From NCBI GenBank assembly GCA_964427735.1, contig CAYRUS010000001.1:162173-226172 (forward strand): a stretch of 64,000 nucleotides of DNA, given 5' to 3'. The stretch is from an uncultured Gammaproteobacteria bacterium (lineage in GTDB: Bacteria; Patescibacteriota; Microgenomatia; UBA8517). The position numbers and the translations under genes are program-made. Under the pieces are notes generated by a model. It searched no databases and was not told the DNA's origin. It worked only from the letters and a program-made list of their open reading frames with translations. Each line of letters starts with the position of its first letter. The first letter of the stretch is position 1. This document shows, piece by piece, positions 59,422-64,000 of this stretch.

Positions 59422-59829
59422 TTAAATATTATATTCACCTTTAACTTTATAGCCTCTGTATTTTAAATCATTCAGCACCCTTTCCAGTACATCCGGGTGG
59501 TATTTTTCAACTTCATCAAGTATGTGTTCACCAAAGTCTATAGTCCACTGAACTGCCTTTTCAACAATATCGCTCTTGTCTTTCGGAAATCCTTCAGGAA
59601 TTTCTGGATATCTGTATATTCTCAACTTCCCTTCTGCCTCCAAGTTTTCTAAATATTCTAGTGCATCTTCTACTTCGATTTCTTCTATGACATCAGTTTC
59701 CTCCTCAGAAACCAACTCACCAGAACTAATTGCTGATTCTTCCATAAAACCATCAGCTGAAAGTTTATATATCGACCCGCTTTTTCCTTTATATGCATGT
59801 TCAAGAGCACCTTCGAACCTTTCATACAT
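59422..59829 (-). CDS. Acidic hypothetical protein
   Basis: 135 aa; central polyacidic stretch EEETDVIEEIEVEDALEYLENLEAEG; no recognisable catalytic motif. Confidence 0.4.
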   Translation of the reverse strand: MYERFEGALEHAYKGKSGSIYKLSADGFMEESAISSGELVSEEETDVIEEIEVEDALEYLENLEAEGKLRIYRYPEIPEGFPKDKSDIVEKAVQWTIDFGEHILDEVEKYHPDVLERVLNDLKYRGYKVKGEYNI

Positions 59830-59838
59830 GCATGGGGA

Positions 59839-60018
59839 TCAACCTTTGTTTAAATGAGTCTGTACAATAAAATCATAATTATCCCCTAAAAACATTGCAG
59901 ATGTTGTAATATCTTTGGTTGCATACACCCACGGTTTCTTATGTGTACTTTTCCTTGGTTCTAATTTCTTAAGCCCTTTTGCTTTTGAAGCATGGTATAC
60001 AAATTCCTGATTCTCCAT
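59839..60018 (-). CDS. Small ORF (59 aa) in the same frame as, and separated by a single TGA from, the downstream gene 59422..59829
   Basis: MENQEFVYHASKAKGLKKLEPRKSTHKKPWVYATKDITTSAMFLGDNYDFIVQTHLNKG, then TGA, then TCC CCA TGC ATG TAT ... It fills the otherwise unexplained gap between 59829 and 60021. Confidence 0.3.
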   Translation of the reverse strand: MENQEFVYHASKAKGLKKLEPRKSTHKKPWVYATKDITTSAMFLGDNYDFIVQTHLNKG

Positions 60019-60020
60019 TA

Positions 60021-61607
60021 TTACCTCACTCTTAAAAACAACAATTCTTCTACACTCCCATCAGGTTTTTGTGCTTTTGGAAATAATTCAATCAAATTAA
60101 GTTCTTCTGTATTGTGTCCAATCTGATGTCTTGTATTATTAATGACTAAATAAGTCTTATTTCCAGATTCTACTGATTCTTTCAAACTTTCAGGCACTTC
60201 GTTAAGACCAAGCCCTATCCCTTTTACAATTATTTCAGGGTAATTTTGAAGATATATTTGCAAGCCGTCTGGCAAAGTACCGAAATATCCTTCTGTACCA
60301 ACAACTATTCCTTGATTAGGATCTTTGTCGTACTCTTTAATTAAGTGCCCGGAAACCTCTCTTATACCATGACCTGCTGTCCATTCTTCGAGGTAACCGG
60401 ATCTTTCACTTCTTGGTAAAGGAGCTCTTTCAACACTTGTTAAAAGTAAATAGTTTGTATATATGCTTTGTAATAAAAAAATAAGTGAAGTTAAATATAT
60501 CAATGTAGATTTTCCTTTTTTGATAAGTAATATTGCAGGTGAAGAAAGCAAGATAAGATAAGGAAAAGTAAAATAAATGTAACGAGCAGTCATTGTTTTT
60601 GAATACATAGCAACTGCAATTAGAGGAATCAACCACCATAACAAGACTACTAAAAATTCTTTTTTAAATTTCTTGAAAAAAGATAGTTTTGATATAAAGG
60701 CAAGAATTATTAAACCAACAGGAGCAAGAAGTATATAGTAATTTATCATTGCACCTAGATGAGAAATAAACGGATTAAAAGGCTCTTTTAGAATATGCGA
60801 ATAAGGGTAAACATAATCAAAGTTTCTACTCGAGAGTAAATGGAAATTTGGACCAAGACGCAAGATGTTGTACATAATAAAAGCTACAACCACTGAAAGT
60901 AGCAATAGCCCTCCTGCAACAAATAAATTTTTGGGTGTTTTTTTGCTCCAATTAGCTAAAATCAGCAAAGTAGGCATAAGAATAATAAAAAATATAGCTG
61001 GAGATTTGGTTAGCCACGCTGCACCTAAAGCAAACCCCGTAAATAAAGCCGTATCTATACGCTTGTGTTTAACAGTTAATATTCCAAAAACAAAAGACAA
61101 AGTCCCAAACATAGAAAGCATCGAGTCCACCAAAGCTAATCGATCATAAAAAACACTAAATGGCGACAATGCATACAAAAACGCTGCAAATAGTGCAGCT
61201 TTTTTTGAATTAAAAAGAAGATACGAAGCTGTAAATATTCCCAAAAGCGTAACAATACCTGTCAAAACTGATAAGAATCTACCTGCAATAAGAGGATCGC
61301 TAAAGAGCGATAACATTGGCCATAAAGTCCACATAAATAGAGGCTGTTTACCATCTGAAAGAGGGATGAACCTGAGTGTTGGCTCGTTTTTTATAATTTG
61401 TGCCCATCTCACATAAATTGCTTCATCTGCGAAAACTGGAAGTTCATTTAAATTATAAAACCTAATTACTGAAGAAAAAAGAATTATTAGAAGCAGTACA
61501 AATATAGTTTTTTCCCACTTTTTATAAAATTTTAAAAAACCTTCAGAATTCATAAGTGATATGTTTTGATTCCCCTTGCAGGGAGTCTCCCTGCAAGATA
61601 GTCGCAC
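60021..61607 (-). CDS. GT-C membrane glycosyltransferase, ArnT/PMT-like (GT83/GT39-like)
   Basis: N-terminal loop NELPVFADEAIYVRWAQII with the D-E dyad; 500+ aa polytopic. The probable true start is the Met at 61553 (MNSEGFLKFYKK). The annotated 18-aa extension MRLSCRETPCKGNQNISL is encoded by the GC-rich palindrome and is likely non-coding. Confidence 0.7.
   Translation of the reverse strand: MRLSCRETPCKGNQNISLMNSEGFLKFYKKWEKTIFVLLLIILFSSVIRFYNLNELPVFADEAIYVRWAQIIKNEPTLRFIPLSDGKQPLFMWTLWPMLSLFSDPLIAGRFLSVLTGIVTLLGIFTASYLLFNSKKAALFAAFLYALSPFSVFYDRLALVDSMLSMFGTLSFVFGILTVKHKRIDTALFTGFALGAAWLTKSPAIFFIILMPTLLILANWSKKTPKNLFVAGGLLLLSVVVAFIMYNILRLGPNFHLLSSRNFDYVYPYSHILKEPFNPFISHLGAMINYYILLAPVGLIILAFISKLSFFKKFKKEFLVVLLWWLIPLIAVAMYSKTMTARYIYFTFPYLILLSSPAILLIKKGKSTLIYLTSLIFLLQSIYTNYLLLTSVERAPLPRSERSGYLEEWTAGHGIREVSGHLIKEYDKDPNQGIVVGTEGYFGTLPDGLQIYLQNYPEIIVKGIGLGLNEVPESLKESVESGNKTYLVINNTRHQIGHNTEELNLIELFPKAQKPDGSVEELLFLRVR
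61575..61597. promoter_or_regulatory. Perfect GC-rich 23-bp palindrome (CTTGCAGGGAG-T-CTCCCTGCAAG) in the intergenic region between the DPM1-like GT2 gene and the ArnT-like gene
   Basis: Read directly from the sequence: 11-bp arms at 61575-61585 and 61587-61597 are exact reverse complements. It is strongly GC-rich in an AT-rich genome. No T-tract follows on either strand. Confidence 0.5.
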
Positions 61608-61630
61608 AATGATTTAATCCTATTTCCAAT

Positions 61631-62389
61631 TTAAACTTTGTACATGCCAAAAATGGCATTTAGCCTTACCCTCATTAAATCTCTAAATCCTTCCCATGAG
61701 TCTTTGATCGCACTAACTCTTTCTGTCCCTTTGTGGTGCCAAATAACTGGAACTTCAGCAACTTTATATCCGAGTTTTCTTGCTATATAAAGCATTTCGA
61801 GATCAAACCCTGCGTTTACTGCAGCACCTTGAACAGCTTTCTTTTCATCAAATATTTTCATTCTTTTAAATATATTTTCTGATGCTTCTCTGGTAAATGC
61901 TTTAAAACCACATTGAGTATCTTTGAAAGGTAAACCCAAAATTATATTCCTAAGAGTAGCAAATCCCCAACCCATTAGTTTACGTACAAATGGAGCACCT
62001 TTTCTTCCCTTTCGTGAACCAATCACGCCATCATATCCTTGTTCAAACTTTGGTAGCAGCTTTTCAATCTGATTAATTGGCGTTGCCTGATCCATGTCTG
62101 TAAACAAAACAATATCTCCTTTGGCAGCTAACATCCCAGCAATGACTGTTCCACCTTTGCCTCTATGAGGTTCTTTTAAAGCACGGACATTTTTATGAGA
62201 TTTTACAAATTTTTCGACTAATTTTAAGGTGTTATCTGTTGACTCATCATCTACGATTAGAAGCTCCCAGGAATACTTTTGTTTATTTAAATAGTCCCAT
62301 ACTTCTTGTAAAACTCCTTTATTGAGATTTTCTTCCTCATTGTAAGCAGGAATTACAACAGATAGTTTTTTAAATTTCATTCTCATCAT
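61631..62389 (-). CDS. Polyprenyl-phosphate sugar synthase (GT2; DPM1/ArnC/GtrB-like)
   Basis: LSVVIPAYNEEENL ... LLIVDDESTDNT ... LFTDMDQATP (DxD) ... TQCGFKAF. Same architecture as dolichyl/undecaprenyl-phosphate glycosyltransferases, immediately upstream of the ArnT-like GT-C gene. Confidence 0.8.
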   Translation of the reverse strand: MMRMKFKKLSVVIPAYNEEENLNKGVLQEVWDYLNKQKYSWELLIVDDESTDNTLKLVEKFVKSHKNVRALKEPHRGKGGTVIAGMLAAKGDIVLFTDMDQATPINQIEKLLPKFEQGYDGVIGSRKGRKGAPFVRKLMGWGFATLRNIILGLPFKDTQCGFKAFTREASENIFKRMKIFDEKKAVQGAAVNAGFDLEMLYIARKLGYKVAEVPVIWHHKGTERVSAIKDSWEGFRDLMRVRLNAIFGMYKV

Positions 62390-62425
62390 CTATAGTATCA
62401 AACTTGAGCTTATTATTGTATATTC

Positions 62426-63964
62426 TTAATCGTCAAAAAAACTAGTTGGATAATATACGCCTATTCCTCCAATAGGGTAAACATTTTCCTCACTTTCAGG
62501 TGGAATAACAATCCTAACTAAAGGATCTTCACTATTCCCGGATTGACTTATGTCCAAGTGTTTGATTATATACCTATAACCAGCATCCTCACCTATAGGA
62601 ACAGAAAATGAAATATTAAACTTGTTTTCGCTTACTGAAGTTTTTATGAATTCAATCGCCTTGTATTTGTAATACAAACTTTGCTTGTTTTCTGACAACA
62701 ATTCGTTGCTTTGCCTTGTTACAGCTACAATAAGCAATAAAAGACTAATTACACCTGTTATTTGATAAAGTTTTGGTTTAAGTCGTAGGAAACTGATCAA
62801 GTAGCTTATCAAAAGCAAAACCGGAAAGATTAAGTAATTAAAATAATATTCGGAAGGACGAGATCCGTAAATAGCAAATAAAAATGGGGAAATAGTCCAA
62901 ACCAAAAATAATCCAAACCAAAAATTTCTTTTAAATTTGTCTTTTGTAAATTTAACCGCAAGTAAAAACAAAAATGAAAATACTATAAAAACAATACCTC
63001 CTGGCAATCGTATACCAGTAAAACTTGAGACAAAATTCTCCCAAACCGGGGCAAAAGCAAACAAATCTAATTCACCCTTACTCAGTAAAAAATTAATTAA
63101 AAGTTTAGTATTTAAAAAATCATGTCTTAAATCAAAAATAACCAAGGGGAATAAAGTTATTAAAAAGCCTACTAAAATTACTACAGCAGATTTTAAGGTC
63201 TTTTTACCGTCCTTTCTCAACTCAGAATAAAAATAGGGGAAAATTATTGGAACAAATAACAAAAACTGAATATGGAAACTCATTCCCAACCCTATTATTA
63301 TTCCTATTAACAAATCGAGTATATGCGTTTTTGCAATAAGATTTCTTAAATATAAAAAGTAAATCAAAACTAGCTGAGCTAAAGGAATGAGCAATGGGTT
63401 CCAAGAAATTGTATCTATACTAATTGTCAAAGGTAAAATCGCCCAAAATAATAAAAACAGTACAGCCACTAAACTATTAAATATTTTCTTTATTACAAAA
63501 AACGAGGATAGAAAAAAGAAGATTCCATAAAATATCATAAAAGAAATTATTGCGTAAGGACTCATCGAGCTTGCCACATAAAAAGGCAAAATCAAATAAA
63601 AAAAGTAAGGGGGTAAGAAAAAACCTTCCGGGCCCAAAACTCTTGGCCCTAAAAGTGTTGGAGATCTTGTGTTTATTATTTCTAAAACTGCATTTGCATC
63701 TCTTTCCTGATCCCAATTAAAGACTGTCCGTTTATCTAATTCATGAAACCTAAAAAGTGAAAATAAAACAAAGACTACTAAAAGAACTAATATTGTTAAC
63801 AAACTTTTGTTCGATATCTTCCCCGGAAAACTAAACTTAAATACAAGCAATATAAACACCAACAAAAATGTTATTGATATAAAATTAAAGAAATTTTGGA
63901 TAGGAGTTTGTACAATCTGCCATTCCAAAATATTTCTGCCATCTACAAATTCCCTTGCCTCCAA
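62426..63964 (-). CDS. Polytopic membrane protein, probable GT-C-like transferase; the 5' end may extend past the window
   Basis: 512 aa with more than 12 TM segments. The ORF-track start is a TTG (LEAREF read as M). The reading frame stays open to position 64000, so the true start may lie outside the window. Confidence 0.4.
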   Translation of the reverse strand: MEAREFVDGRNILEWQIVQTPIQNFFNFISITFLLVFILLVFKFSFPGKISNKSLLTILVLLVVFVLFSLFRFHELDKRTVFNWDQERDANAVLEIINTRSPTLLGPRVLGPEGFFLPPYFFYLILPFYVASSMSPYAIISFMIFYGIFFFLSSFFVIKKIFNSLVAVLFLLFWAILPLTISIDTISWNPLLIPLAQLVLIYFLYLRNLIAKTHILDLLIGIIIGLGMSFHIQFLLFVPIIFPYFYSELRKDGKKTLKSAVVILVGFLITLFPLVIFDLRHDFLNTKLLINFLLSKGELDLFAFAPVWENFVSSFTGIRLPGGIVFIVFSFLFLLAVKFTKDKFKRNFWFGLFLVWTISPFLFAIYGSRPSEYYFNYLIFPVLLLISYLISFLRLKPKLYQITGVISLLLLIVAVTRQSNELLSENKQSLYYKYKAIEFIKTSVSENKFNISFSVPIGEDAGYRYIIKHLDISQSGNSEDPLVRIVIPPESEENVYPIGGIGVYYPTSFFDD

Positions 63965-64000
63965 GCAAACTTTACCATCACAATTTGCATAATTCTTAAC

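Noticed and set aside
61575-61597. Palindrome as a Rho-independent terminator
   Set aside because: No T-rich tract follows the stem on either strand, so a regulatory or processing hairpin is more plausible than a terminator.
61554-61607. N-terminal extension MRLSCRETPCKGNQNISL of the ArnT-like ORF
   Set aside because: It is encoded by the GC-rich palindrome and precedes a better-placed Met (MNSEGF) at 61553, so it is more likely non-coding leader than protein.
1-64000. CRISPR arrays, tRNA/rRNA genes, transposases/integrases or prophage genes
   Set aside because: No regularly spaced direct repeats, no cloverleaf-like GC-rich segments and no recombinase-like ORFs were seen. The window is almost entirely glycan-related coding sequence.
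1-64000. Alternative genetic code (UGA as Gly/Trp, as in some ultra-small bacteria)
   Set aside because: Dozens of 300-680-aa ORFs run uninterrupted under the standard code, with conserved motifs to their ends. Only one suspicious in-frame TGA (59839..59841) was noticed.
1-64000. Oligosaccharyltransferase (PglB/AglB/STT3) among the large membrane proteins
   Set aside because: No WWDYG or DK/MI-type motifs were found in any of the polytopic proteins, so an N-glycosylation OST is not supported.

Overview
The window is an AT-rich (roughly 30% GC by eye), almost gap-free stretch of about 60 protein-coding genes, nearly all on the minus strand and frequently overlapping by 4-40 bp, so they probably form very long operons. 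I found no rRNA, tRNA, CRISPR array, transposase or integrase. Essentially the whole window is one very large glycan-assembly/glycosylation locus. It contains about 20 soluble glycosyltransferases of the GT2 (GT-A fold) and GT4 (GT-B fold) types. It also contains about 17 large polytopic membrane proteins that look like GT-C-fold glycosyltransferases. These fall into several distinct paralog families: PMT/ArnT-like with a W-D-E motif, YfhO-like with a C-terminal FPGW motif, a PIG-V-like protein, an O-antigen-ligase/Wzy-like protein, and an unassigned family with a GHDAxWHIA motif. Export and assembly functions include two Wzx-type flippases, a Wzm/Wzt ABC exporter, and the N-terminus of a polyprenyl-phosphate glycosylphosphotransferase cut off at the window edge. 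Three GT2 enzymes resemble polyprenyl-phosphate sugar synthases (DPM1/GtrB/ArnC-like); one of these is followed by a DUF2304-like small membrane protein. Sugar-nucleotide supply is represented by ManC (mannose-1-phosphate guanylyltransferase) and an Fcl-like GDP-6-deoxyhexose synthase. Sugar-modifying enzymes are a hexapeptide-repeat acetyltransferase and two SAM-dependent methyltransferases. A short segment near 54-60 kb holds non-glycosyltransferase genes: a NUDIX hydrolase, two P-loop kinase-like proteins, a small coiled-coil protein and an acidic protein. The taxon is not determinable from sequence alone. The gene content (bacterial sugar transferase, Wzx, Wzm/Wzt) points to a bacterium, and the pattern resembles loci of ultra-small, AT-rich lineages such as Patescibacteria; that last point is inference only. 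The most unusual feature is the number, paralog expansion and family diversity of GT-C membrane transferases, each paired with polyprenyl-phosphate-sugar-forming GT2 enzymes. This suggests an elaborate extracytoplasmic glycosylation system, either for protein O-glycosylation or for cell-surface polymer decoration, not a simple O-antigen cluster.
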